NCBI RefSeq assembly: GCF_006345805.1
Contig: NC_043019.1
Location: 19,033,360 to 19,097,359, forward strand
Direction: 5' to 3'
From: Octopus sinensis
Lineage: Eukaryota
DNA length: 64,000 bases
This document shows, piece by piece, positions 26,394 through 39,850 of this stretch (its first letter is position 1; the number at the start of each line of letters is the position of its first letter). The translations under genes were made by a program, and so were the position numbers. The notes under the pieces were generated by a model. The model did not search any database. It worked only from the letters and a program-made list of their open reading frames with translations, and had not been told where the DNA came from.

Positions 26394-29300
26394 AACACAC
26401 ACATGCATGCATTTACACATAGAGGGTGTATCCAGATATCTCATTTATCCTTTCTCCCTTTTGTGCAGGGATACTCTCTATAGCAAGACACCTGTTCCTG
26501 ACCTTTCCAACTTCAGTGTCCCTACCTGCACCCTGACTGGGAAGGGGTTTTGTCTCGTATGTTACTTGGTAACTTCACCAGTACTGGTGTCACAAAAGAA
26601 GCACCCTGTATACTCTACAAAGTGGTTGGTGTTCAGAAGGGCAGCATGCAGCTCTAGGAACTTTGACACTGGAATCCAATACAGGGTTGTTAGATTCTGG
26701 CAAACAGTTCAACCTATGTCCACATGGAACATTAAACAATGTTGATGATGTATCACTATTTTAACATCTAAATTTGTTGAGGCAGAACTTCTATCTGGAT
26801 GTCCTTCCTGTGGCCAATTTTTACCTGTTTCCAGGCAAAGTGAGATTTTTCCTGAGTCAGGACATGCTTTCAATGAGGATTGTAAACAAATGTTACTGCT
26901 TGTATGGCAGGGAAGTTCGTTTACAATCAGTTGGTGAATGATGTCAAGTCAAGAACACACACATTGATTTGATGAGTTTCATTTCAGTTTCTGTCTTCTA
27001 ATTCACTCGCAAGGTTTTGGGCAGCCAAAGTATAAAGTAAAAGACTCTTGCCCAAGGTGCTGCACAGTGAGACTGAACCCAAAACTACATGGTTATAAAG
27101 CAAACTTCATAAGTACGTACTTGAATTCTGTGAGTTTGAAATGAAGAGCAGAGAGACAGAAGAGGTAGGAAGAGGAGGGGTTATTAAAATCACATAAATA
27201 GATGGAAAAAAAAAACACCAAAAAAACTATGAATGTTTATAAATATATTTTCTCCAAAAGCCAAAGCAATGTAATTTATTCTTGAAAACTGTACGTCCCC
27301 TATTTTTGATCTTTGGATTAAAAATAGGGGTCAAGGGAGTTTGTGGGAAGTAGAGATACAACTGCTTCACTAAAGACCAAGTCTCGTTTAACAAACCTAT
27401 AATCAAAGACACTCCAGCCAGACTCTTTCTATACTGAAATCTACATAATTCAATGTGGCCATTATGATAGGATATGACTCGAGGGAGTTTTGGCTGCTTT
27501 CTTCAACAAGTTCACTGACTGCACAGAGGGGCCACCTTTATTAAGTCTTTGGATTGTAAAGCTGGCATCAGTTCAACAGCTTCAAAAACCTTGTTAGTTC
27601 TACTGCTTCGCATGTGTCTCCCCTACTTCTATATTTCTCCATTAAGGATATTCACAAGAGATATTTCAGACAAATGCCTGTCTGTTCATGGTTTTCTCCC
27701 CATTTATTATTTCTCTAGAAAACCATCCACTGCTTACTTAGAAAGTTTGGTCCTTTGAGAGGAATGTCACCTTTTCATAATTTGGATTTTGACTCTTTGC
27801 ATGGATTTATTAAAAGATTTTTAAAAGTTTCATATCATTCTTTGAATAGAGTCATTTGTTACAAGTTTTAATGGGCCAATCTGTTTCAGTGCTTTTATGA
27901 GGACGACAATGACAAGGGGTCATCTCTCTGACCCAAGTTGAATTAATGTCACAAGGAACTTTATTTGCAAAAATATTTTCTCCATTTCTTGCTAATGCCT
28001 TCATTTTTTACTATTTTATACAATAAACAAATGTGACACGCCACCACCTAAGCCATTTCTATTTCATTATTTCTGCAAGAGAATCTGTTTCAGACGACTT
28101 AACCCTGGGCTCTGGGGATTTAGTGTTTTTGTCTGTGTGTCATCAGTTTTGTCTTTGATTTTGCTGCTCTTTCCTTCCATTTCAAAAACTGATCTGAAAA
28201 GGCTGAGATTGTTCTTCAAGTCAGTTTCCAACAGTTCTATTTTGTCTTGTAAGTTTGTTCATCTCTTTCTATCATTTACTTCTGACAACCATTATTCAGC
28301 AATAAAAAGGATGAAAAACTGTTAAGCCCCCTGATGTAGATACCATCAGTTCTAAAACACCAAGAGCAGGAGGAGAGCACACAGTTGATGCTTCACATAA
28401 GGTTTGAGACAATAAAAACACAAAAAGACGAGGTCTATAAATTGGTCATTCCAGTGTTAAAAAAAAGAAAGAAAGTAAAAGAAGGTTTAGCAAAAATCTA
28501 TTAGGTTCTTCAGGGTAATTTCAATTTCTTAATGCCAGGAAAACCATTCAATAGAATCATCATCACCATTTAATGTCTGTTTCCTATGCTGGCATGGATG
28601 GGTTGGACAGTTTGACAGGATCTAGTGAGTTAAAGGATCTGGCACCAAGCCTTAATGTCAGCTTTGAAATGCTTTCTACAACTGGATGCTTTTCCTAATG
28701 CTGACCGTTTTACAGAGCGTGGACTGGGTGCTATGTGGCACCAGCACCAGTGAGGTCACCAAGTAACTCACAAGACAAGACCCACAACTGAGGAGGTATA
28801 ATAGTAAGGAAGGTGGCTTTGTGTCAGGTGACGACAGGTTAAAGTATGATATCGGAACAGGTAGAGGAAAAAGAAAGAAAATGGTGGTAAAGCTGTGTCA
28901 GTGGGTACCTTCAAATTACAGGCAGGTGAATATGAGAAGTGGTGCAGAGGGTTGGAAAGGTAAGTGCACAGGCACTGAAGTGATGGGATAGAGTCAGTTT
29001 GATTTTAGATCGAGCAGAGGTACAGTCTTTGCAGTTTACATCGTCAGAGACCTGTGAAAGTAAAAGAATTTCCACTTCAAAGTTGCCATTGCAAGGATTT
29101 GATAGACATTGTTTTGTAAAAATTACAAGACTGAGTGTAACAAGGTGGCAAATTGGTTTAAATTACATATCTAAGACGAGGTGGTTTGCTATCCCTGCCC
29201 TTTCTTCATCATCTACCTGAGTTTTGTTATGAAAGAATGAAAAGACTTGGTAAAAAGTCTGGTACCAACTAACTTTCATTTCAAACAGCCGGGATTTCTA

Positions 29301-31237
29301 ACAAATTAAAAACGTCCACTAAACGGTGAGATGAAGCATGAAAATAAATGGTCCAAAGTTTAGCTGTGAAATGGTCCCATTGGATGATTTCAGAAGAGAA
29401 CATGGTCAGTTTGTGAAAAGAAGGGTCTCACCAGTATCTGAAACACCTGGAAGACTAAGAAATGTGGCCTAAAACAGTCGGGGATCAGACAGCAATATTT
29501 CTCTAATTGCAATCTATGCTTTGGAAACATGGACTCTAAAATCTGAAGATACATGGAGACTCAAATTTTTTTGGAATGAAGTGTTTAGAGTCTGAGATAT
29601 TACAGGGAAAATTCATAGAGATATTTCCATAGGGAAAGCTCTGCAAAGGAATGAACTAACGGCATAGTCATGAAATAAGTCTGCTACCAATAATTGGGTG
29701 CTGCTTATGTTCTTCCTAGATTTCCAAAATCAGTGCTTACAAGACAAACTTCTTAGATCTGACAAGACAGAGTTACTGCTTGCAACAGAGGAAGGCAGAC
29801 TATCACTATATATTTATCATCATTTAATGCCAATCTTCTATTCTGGCATAGGCTGGATGGTTTGACAGGAGGTGGCCAAGGCTGTTCAGACTCCAATTGT
29901 CTGTTGTGGCACGGATGCCTTTCCAAATGCCAACCACTTTACGGAATGTGTCGGGAGCTTTTTTACATGTCACCAGCATGGCTGTGATTATGTAGCAACA
30001 GCACCTGTAAAGGACAAGCCTGTATGTAGGCATGGATGATCACAATTTCGCTTAGCTTGGCATGTCTTATTTTTTGCATGGCACTATCACCAGTGATTTT
30101 TCTGAATCTCCACCACCAACACCCAAAACACTGGTGATGGTGCCACGTGAAAAACACCCAGTACACACTGTTAAGTAGTATGTGTTATGAAGGGTATCCA
30201 GCCGTAGAAAACAAGCCAAAACAGATTTTGGAACCTGGTATGGCTGCTGGCCTTACCAACTCCTGTCAAACCATCCAACCCATGTCAGCATGGAAAATGG
30301 ACACTACATGATGATACATACATCTATGTAGTCCACTGTGTAAAGTGGATGGCATTAGGAAGGGCATCCAGCAGTAGAAACCATGCTAAAATAGACAGTG
30401 GAGCCTGACGCAAATCTCTAGCTTACCAGCTCCTGTCAAACTGTCCAACCCATGCCAGTATGAAAGATAGACACTAAATGATGATGAGATATTTATATAT
30501 CTACACACACATATAAAATCATTGTTTACAGTCCACTTTTCCATGCTAGCAATCCACTTATACAGATTTTAATTGAAGCAGAATTTCAATGGCTGGATAC
30601 TGTTCCAATCACCAACCATCACTGGTTTCCAAGCGAGATAAATAGTTCACCAGGGAAAATAACGATGATGCTCCATCACATGATGTCAAGACAAGAGTAT
30701 ACACAAACACGTGTGTGTGTGTGTGTGTGTGTGTGAGTGAGTGTGTGTGTATTGTTGCTATTATGTTAAACTGCCCTATGTCCAAATGCATTTTTTTTTC
30801 TCAATATTTGATTTTGACTGGCAAAAGCCAGTTCTTTTGGTCAAACTATCGTATCTCCAACTGCTTCAGGTGCCAAGGTATGAAAATTATCAAAGTGTAG
30901 CACAACAGTTTAGCATTTTTTAAAAGTGTGGTAAGTCCCAGAAACGACAGTTTTGCAAAAATATTTCTGACTGAAAATATCAGACATGCATGGAGTTAGG
31001 ATTTTAAGCACCCAACAAAATATTGTTGTTAAGCTGAAACTGTTGCTAATGTAAACAGAAATGGAATGCTGAAGCTATTTTCGTTTTCTGAAAACCCAAC
31101 AGTTTGGACTTGGGACACTTTTGCATAACAGCAATGATATATATATAGGGAGAATTCACAAAAAAAACAAAATATGAAGACAGGTGGTGTAGAAAACAAA
31201 CAGATGTATTAGTATAACGCTTGGGAATTGAAAAAGT

Positions 31238-31273
31238 CTTTAATGTTTCGAGCCTACGCTCTTCTACAGAAAG
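31238..31273 (-). ncRNA. Degenerate minimal hammerhead-like motif
   Basis: The minus strand reads CTTT-CTGTAGA-A-GAGC(GTAG)GCTC-GAAA-CATT-AAAG. The core carries a substitution at a conserved position. Confidence 0.45.
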
Positions 31274-32714
31274 AAACAAGGAGAGAAAAATATAAATATA
31301 TATCTGTAAATGTAATATGTGACAATTATTTGGTAGCCATGATAAAACTCCGAGTTTCGGATGTTGAGGTGGAAATCCATGCTGCCATCTCTTCAGTTAT
31401 CTGGCCATCGGAAAAATACTATGAAAATGTGTGTATGTGTATATATATACATATATATATACACACACACATACATAATATGTATGAAGGGCTTCTTTCA
31501 GTTTCTCTCTAGCAAATCCACTCACAAGGCTTTGTTCAGGCTGGGGCTTTAGCAGAAGACGCTTGACCAATGTACCATGCAGTGAGATTGAAGCCCATAT
31601 GGTCAAGAAACAAATTTTTCATCCACACCACCACACCTACATCTATAAATATAAATATACACACACACACACACACACACTTTATTCTGTGTTTTATTGA
31701 GTGCCTTCTTTTCTTGTTCTTTCAGAGGATGAAACCATGTATTGCTTCATGGAAACTCTGTGTGTGTGTGTGTGAGGGAGTAAGATAACAGAATGGTTGA
31801 ATAGCATTACCTTGTTGTATTTGGTTCCACCTTTACATCTCAGCTCAACTTTGTCTTTCCTCCTCCTCCTCCTACTGAGGTCAATAAAATCATATCCTCA
31901 ACCCTTGAGAGCACTGACCTTGCAGTCTAAAGAAATTTCAGTCACTCTTCGATCAGTCTTTTAGTTCTGTTAAATCCTAATATAAATGGTTGGAAATATG
32001 CAAACCCTGGGAGTCATCAGTCTACCTTGAAGAAATAGCAGTCAAAAAGCCTTCATATCAGACTCCCACCAACTTTAAAAAAAGAATAGTCCTAGATACC
32101 CTCAAGATGGGATGGTCATGGATGGAATGCCTTTGATTATAAGTCTTTCTGATCAAGGTTAATCTGAAGCTACAAGAATAACAACTGTTGGGAATTTGTT
32201 GAAGGAAATTTCACAGAGCAGAACAATGGATCCTAACCCTAACGCTGATTGTTAGTTGGTTCTGTGATTATGAGGGCTGCCAAACACACTAGACAACACC
32301 CTGAAGGGAAAATGGACCCTCACCAATTGGCTGCGAGGATTGAAAATTAGGAAATCAAATGGCTTGTCCCAGCACAACACAAGTCATAAGTTCTGCCACA
32401 GAATTCTGATCTGTTCTTTCTTCTTGTGTGTGTGTGTTTGGGGCTTTGCATTCCGACAGTGGAGAGAGCAACTAAATTTTAGTAGGTTGTGGGATATTTC
32501 AGAAGCGGGCAAAGTAAGTAACAAGGGCATAAAACTGATAATAAAGTTTTCATTTTGAATATTTATGTATTTCATCATTTGACTTAAAGCAATACTAATA
32601 ATCTAGTGTTAGAACTCAATATACTTTGCGACAAAGCATCAATCGAGTACAAAGCAATAAGAAATTGAAACAACAAGGGAGGAATAAGGAATTATGGTGC
32701 AAACATCATTAGCC

Positions 32715-32821
32715 AAAGATAAGGATCGCTTCACAAATTTGCATGTCATCTGTGCACAGGGGGCCATGCTAATCTTCTCTGTATCGTTACAATTTTCGTA
32801 TCTGTAGAGCTGAAGTAGCAC
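32715..32821 (-). pseudogene. RNU6: U6 snRNA retropseudogene, full length and diverged
   Basis: The minus strand reads GTGCTACTTCAGCTCTACAGATACGAAAATTGTAACGATACAGAGAAGATTAGCATGGCCCCCTGTGCACAGATGACATGCAAATTTGTGAAGCGATCC, colinear with U6 including the ACAGAGA box and AGC triad. Confidence 0.93.
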
Positions 32822-32862
32822 AAAGGATGATATTTCAAATTCATGAAGTGTTCCATATTTTT
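32818..32862 (+). pseudogene. RNU6: Inverted U6 3'-half fragment
   Basis: GCACAAAGGATGATATTTCAAATTCATGAAGTGTTCCATATTTTT versus U6 GCGCAAGGATGACACGCAAATTCGTGAAGCGTTCCATATTTT. Confidence 0.88.
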
Positions 32863-35086
32863 AGCTAACGAAGTTCATAATCGCTTATTCCCTTGTCATT
32901 TTAATTTCTCTCTCGTGTGTGTGTGTGTGTGTGTGTGCTTTATACTTTATTCAAAAAACTGAAGCGGGGAGGGGGACAAAATAGGGTTGAAAAACATTGT
33001 TCCAGAGATTAATTTCCTAAGTCCTGTTTGACGTTTCTGTGTCTTAATTGTTGGCAAAGTTACACGAACATAATCCAAGAGAGATGTGGAGAGGAGCTGG
33101 GGAAGAGTTTTGAATCTAATCTGGGAAGACTATGTGAGATTTATGTAAGGAGCAAAACATGTTAAATTGATCCATTTATATCTGGGATGTGATTACAGAA
33201 ATATAAAGCAACCACAGTATATGACTGCTACTTTATTTGACGAAACCCCAGAAAGACCAGATTCAAAGTTGACCTCAACAGCATTTGAAATCAGAACACG
33301 GATGGCTGAAACTAAATATCTGAAGGCATTTTTATCAGACCAGAGGATTGGGCCAATGTCTGTTTCGGTGAAAACAGTGATATTTTGAACCAGTCCAGAA
33401 TAGCAGAGAAAATTGTTATTAGATGTGGTTGATGAGAGAAGTAGAAAGTAGATTTTTTTTTTAACTGATTGCAATGTGGCACAGAATTAAGCATAACTTA
33501 CAACAACCAAAATAAACAATGATACACTTGGGATTGACAGGAACTTGCGATTAACCAAGTACAAATACTTTTTAAGCTTTCAGCAATTGGAAATTTCCTT
33601 CTAAACTTTTAGGATGGAAGTTGGAGAGCAATGCATAAAATAAATACCAGTAAGATCCAAGGATTATTTTAATGGAATGCTTGCTCTGTGATATATAGGT
33701 TGGTGTGGATCCCACATCCCGTTCTTGCTATCCTTAACGTTTTGTTTTTAAATCTACCGGCGTTTCTTTGGATTTCCCGTTCGTTTTAACACTTGTCCCT
33801 TCCATACACAAAATTTACAAGGTTCCCCCCTTCTTATCCTCTCCTCTTTATTCTTCGGTCCCTGCATTTTATTTATCCAGCAACATTACTCAGTGCTTAT
33901 CTCTCTCCTGAAACATTAGACTTTTTATGAACTTGTTTAATTAAAAAGGACAAGATCCCGCTCACCAGGTCATCACAGACATTCCTTTATAAATACAACG
34001 AAACCTCCGTGACAAATGTACGAAATTAATAATTATTGCCTCGAGTAGAGAGCTGGGTCTCAAATTGTAGCCATTACACTTTGTATTTACGTCATTAAAG
34101 CTCATGAAAGCAAGCATGAATCTCACCACATCAACTCTTCTTCTTTTTAACCCTTAAAAACCAAGAAAACCATTTAAAACTATACTTTTACGATTTTTAA
34201 ATGGAACATTGGATATAATTCGCTTGCATTTCAGTAGACACAAGGTCAACTTTGATGGGAGTGCTGATGGTGGTGGTGGGGGGGAAGAATGCTACCAGAA
34301 GCGATTTATTTACTGTTTAAATACCTTTACGATCTGAGTTCAAATTGCAATGAAGTCAAATTCATCTTTTATTCTTCCGGGGTTGCTAAAATAAAGTACT
34401 ACCAGTGAAGCAGTGGAGATATTTTTCAGAATACAATTCTAGATGGGAATGGAATTCACAGCAGGACCTGAACTCCAGCAAAAGGATCGGAGCTAAACCA
34501 TTGCAACGAGATTCCGTGGTCGTCTTTGGAAACATCATCAAATAAATAATACAGGCCAAAGATAAAAAGAAAAAAAAAAACATTCTTTCTAAAGTTATTA
34601 TCAAAATCAATTATGATTGCTGTTTGTTTAGTTTCCAGGTCAGTCTTCATCGATTACAGATACACATCTAGAATCAAAGACGTTCCATCCATAACCACCC
34701 CATATTTTTTGCTCGTTCACTTGCTTTCCATAAACAATATATATCTGGAATGGAATTGGCCAACATATTCCTCTTCCTTACATACTTCCAAAAGAAGGCT
34801 AAGGTATGATCTTAGAGGCCTGGTTGCTTTTTCTAGCACATTCAGTGACCACGGAGGAGAACCCATTGTTTTGTTTTGCAAATGTTGAGAGTCCTCGCGG
34901 CAGATGAAGCAAATATTACAAAGAAACCCCTGGCTTCCATGGAATTACACAACAAAAATACTGTTTGATGCCATCATCATCATCATCTACGGCAAATAAA
35001 ACAGATTTGAAAACAAAAAACTGAAAAATACATCAATTATATTATACACAAACACACACTCCAACTAGGCACGTGCAATTGATATG

Positions 35087-35475
35087 ATTATACATACATT
35101 ATATATATATATATGTGTGTGTGTGTATATATATATGTGTGTGTATATATATATATATGTGTGTGTATATATATATATATGTGTGTGTATATATATATAT
35201 GTGTGTGTATATATATATATATATGTGTGTGTATATATATATGTGTGTATGTATGTATATATATATGTGTGTGTATGTATATATATATGTGTGTGTGTAT
35301 GTATGTATATATGTGTGTGTGTATGTATGTATATATGTGTGTGTGTATGTATGTATATATGTGTGTGTGTATGTATGTATATATGTGTGTGTGTATGTAT
35401 GTATATATATGTGTGTGTGTATGTATGTATATATGTGTGTGTGTATGTATGTATATATGTGTGTGTGTATGTATG

Positions 35476-35510
<35 letters not shown>
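35087..35510. repeat. (TA)/(TG)/(TATG) microsatellite
   Basis: Directly visible. Confidence 0.95.
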
Positions 35511-35513
<3 letters not shown>

Positions 35514-36284
35514 GGAATTAAATAAAAATGGATGTGATTGAAAGAAGCGTGTCGACATGTTTATCCGGATCATAAAAAAGCACACATACCTTCACTCATA
35601 CATTCACGCGCACAAACACACACACATATGTACATTACATTTATTTGTAAATAACTACACACCCGCACGCATAACTCCACACACACACACGCTCGCACAT
35701 GTACACACATACACACACATGTCTATCTACACAGTCACCCATAAATCTATACAGTAATATATATAGTCATGCAGTGTGTGTGTGTATAGACACACATGTA
35801 CCCATTGAAGGGTGGCGAGGCGGGCGAGATACCGTCTCGTCATTTTCGCTTTCACTTTACCAAAAATTTAAATTCAAAATAAATTAATACATCAAATGCC
35901 AAGAAATATGGAGAAAAATGCAGAGGAAACGAGTGCAATCGACAGGGGAAGAGACTTGGGTATGAAAATACAGAATGCACAGACATAAAGCAATATATAC
36001 ATGTGTGTGTGTGTGTGTATTATACATACGGTGGAGTCAATATACGTATATAATACATATGTGAACATGAGTGTGTGTATATATATATATACTGGCGTAG
36101 ATGTTTATAAATATTTTAGATATGGTTTCTTACCTGTGTTCAAAATAAGTTAAAGAAAAATTACCACCTATATAAATATACACACACATATATACACGCA
36201 CACACACACACATATATATGTGTGTGTAAAGAGAGAGAGAGAGAGAATATGGTTTTATATATATATATATATATGTGTGTCTAT

Positions 36285-37260
36285 ACCTCGAGAAACCGAA
36301 GCGAGCGGGTAAGCTGCAATCTCTTTGGTGGTCCACTTGCGCCTCCTCGAATGGTATTTTCACTTCCAGGCAACAATACTACCGAGGTGTGACGAGGGTC
36401 TGGGCGCCAGTACGGAGAGTGGTGGGCTGCTGCTGCTGCTGGTGGCGGTGGTGGTGGTGGTGCTACTGCTGTTGGTGTTATTATTAATAATAATAATTAC
36501 AAGAGACTCGTAGTGATGATGCTGGTTGTTTGTGTGTGTGTTGGTGATAACAGAAGCAGCGATAATGGTGTCGGTGGTTAGTAGTAGTAGTAGTAGTAAT
36601 ACTATTTATAAAGGTGGTGGCGGTGGTAGTAGTAATACTGTAAGTAAAGGTGGTGGTGGTAGTGGTAGCCTGGCCGTAAACCGATTCTGTTTTACACTAC
36701 AGAGAAAACTAGCGACATCACTGGTTGTTGTTCGTGGCGGTGTGGGCGGCGACGGCGTTAGTAGTAGTAGTAGTAGTAGTAGTAGTGGGGGGGTGGCTAG
36801 AAATACGAATATGCTAATGATGATGATGATGGCGACGATATATGTATATATAGTGGCGATGGTAGTGGTGGGAGTGATCGCCGTAACGATGGCTGTGGCG
36901 TTGGTGGCAGCAGTAGTAGTAGTAGTAACACCAACAATGCTGGTTGAAGTAGTAGTGTTAGTAGTAATAGTAGTGGTAGCAGCAGCAAGGGGAGTGGTGA
37001 CAGTTATGCACTATAGAGACGGTGGCGGCGGCGGCGGCGGTGATAGTGAAAGTAGAACGGCCTGACCGAGCTGAAGAAGGGAGCCGAGTGTTTTGACGTT
37101 GAAAAACACCGAAACAGCAGCAGTAACAACAACAACATGAATCGTAGAATTAGAATCAGTCGGTGTTATCGATACTATTCTTATTATTGAACTGTCAGAA
37201 AAGAAAAAACCCTGCGACATATAATCCGGCTGTTTACGTTCTAGGTTCAAATCTCGGCGA
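36285..37260. promoter_or_regulatory. CpG-retaining, trinucleotide-rich region; possible gene 5' end or UTR
   Basis: Locally many CpGs compared with the CpG-depleted flanking repeats, with (GGT)n/(AGT)n/(GGC)n runs and no recognisable protein. Confidence 0.3.
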
Positions 37261-37330
37261 GGTCAACTTTGTCTTTCATCCCTACGAGGTCTATAGAGAT
37301 TCCTCTAGTATATCGACCTAAATCTGAAAA

Positions 37331-37343
37331 CAATAACAACAAC

Positions 37344-37417
<74 letters not shown>

Positions 37418-37445
37418 TTATTATTATTAGTAGTAGTAGTAGTTG
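37331..37445. repeat. (AAT)n microsatellite followed by (ATT)/(AGT) runs
   Basis: Directly visible. Confidence 0.95.
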
Positions 37446-37589
37446 ATATTAATGGTGATGTTGGTGTTAGATCTCCTCCCTCACCAACATACTCGTCCCT
37501 CACACACAAAGCTCCTCTCTAACCGTGCCACTCATCCCTGCCTTCCGACACTTCAGTGTAGTCTCTTACATATGAACAGAGAGAGAGAG

Positions 37590-37628
<39 letters not shown>

Positions 37629-38083
37629 GGGGAGTCGCCTGCATGGAGCAATGTTGTCGGTATAAATATACGTTTGTGTGCGACGATAGTGTTTCTGTAT
37701 CGAGCAGAAGGAGTACATGTATGCTTGTGTACGGTGTGTGTATGAGAATGTTTGTGTGTAGACGTGTGTAAATGTGTATTTGAGAGTGTGGAATGGGTAG
37801 AGGACGAGTGTGTGTGTGTTGTCTACGCAAGGCTACAGAGCTTATTGTAAAAGAGAGTGTATAAACGCGCGTTTATGTGAATGTGCTAGCAGGATGTGTG
37901 AAATTTGAGTTAATGAGTGGGTGTAGATTGTCATTTCAAGAACTGTTCGTTAAGAGGCATACATTTATACATGTATACACACACAACGCGCGCGCGCAAA
38001 CACACACACACACACATACAAATAGAAGTACACAATCTAATCGTTATAATTATTGCTTATATACATATGTGAATATTTTTATT

Positions 38084-38121
<38 letters not shown>

Positions 38122-38225
38122 CTGCTCGCTTAGCCAGCGGGGTGGCATCATTTGAAGGCTAAAACAATGTGAAGCGCATTGTGACCAGCGATGTGTAGCA
38201 ACATCTAATAGTCTGGTCGGTCACG

Positions 38226-38268
<43 letters not shown>

Positions 38269-38749
38269 ATTTATGTATGTATGTGTGTGTATAACTCTTA
38301 CGTGGAAATTTATAGTTTTATACAATTGGCTTTAGTTGGCAGATACACACACACTCACACACACACACACATGCATATAGTTATATATGTGAAACTGTGT
38401 TTCTCTGTGTTCGAGTCCCCCCCCCCTTCCCTGGGGTGAATTGAACTAAACTTTACAAGCCACTGCTCCAGTATGGTCGCAGTACAACGACTGAAACAAG
38501 TATATATGCATCTTCATATGTCGGCTGTGGCTTGACAGAATTGTTCCAACCTCAGAGAGAATTCCTGCTGGGATTTGAACTTACGACTCTGAGCTCAGCT
38601 TTGTCTTTTATCAACGAATGAAGTAGCAGTGGTTCTTCTTTCTTTCTGGAAGCTGTCTTCAGGCCTAGAATTAGATGGGTTCCATCACATTTGAAATGTC
38701 CAACATACACCATATACCACATCAGGAGTTATGGTGTTCCACCTCTAAG

Positions 38750-39850
38750 TCATCATCATCATTTAACATCCGTTTTCCATGTTGGCATGGGTTGGACAGA
38801 TTAACAGGAACTGGTAAAGGCCAGGGGACACACTGGGTCCCATATAGTCTGTTTTGGCTTGGTTTTTATGGCTGGATGCCCTTCTTAATGTCAGCCACTC
38901 CACAGAGTGTACTGGGTGCTTTTTACATGGCACCATCACCTGTGCTTTTTATGTGGCACCCACACCAATATTTTTCACATGGCACCTTGGTTTTAGGATC
39001 TCAATTCTGTTGTGGTGGTCAGGTCTTCTCAAGTACCACATATATCCGTCCTCTGTCATCTCCTTTGTAAGGTTCAGCGTTTTGAGATTGTCTTCCTGGG
39101 TTTCCTTCTTCCACAAGTTCCCCACCTCCACTTTAAGTGATTGGCATTTCTTTATGCAACTATCCTCATCCATCCACATCACATGACCATCCATATCACA
39201 GCCTCCTCCCTTACACACTGCATCTAATTCCTCTTATGCCCAACTTCTCCCTCAATACACCAATGCTCTGTTGCACATCCAGCAGAGCATACCAGCCTCA
39301 TTCCTCTATAACCTTTGCATCTCCTCCACATTCAGGGCCCATGTCTCACTACCATGTAGAACCGCTGTTCATATACATGCATCATACAATCTTTCTTTCA
39401 CTCGGAGAAAGGAACCTTCTGCAATCAACAGAGGTAAAAAGCTCTCTGAATTTTCTCCATCCTCTTCCTATTCTAGCTATTACACTTTCTGTACATCCTC
39501 CTCTACTACCAATTTAGTCCCCTAGGTAGCAGGAATTAACCTCTAAAAAACCTCTGGGGTATTTGAGAAAAATCAATTTCCTGAGGATTTGTAGTTTTTA
39601 CCTTCTCTGATAACCTTCCTATTATTCCATTGCACCTCTTGGGTGTCTGTGAATTGCATTGGGTATGCTGAATGGAATTGCTGTCTATACCTTTCCTACA
39701 AATTGAGCAAGGCCACTTATCTGAAGCAGATAGGGTCCTGTCTGCTTTCTTGCTTACTAAGACCTTAGGTTTTGTTTCCACACCTGGAATTTCTTTTCTA
39801 GCTCTGATATAGAATCTGGTATGAGGGCAAGATTGTCAGACTATAGTAGT
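38750..39850 (-). mobile_element. Decayed RTE LINE 3' fragment
   Basis: KWPCSICRKGIDSNSIQ (PHD remnant), GHVMWMDEDSCIKKC, and the family tail at 38750. Confidence 0.8.

Noticed and set aside
32715-32821. Functional U6 gene
   Set aside because: It has many substitutions, a damaged 3' U-tract, and the upstream promoter position is occupied by the inverted U6 fragment.
36526-37065. 179-aa ORF with an apparent transmembrane segment
   Set aside because: Built from (GGT)/(AGT)/(GAT) triplet runs, with no domain similarity recognised.
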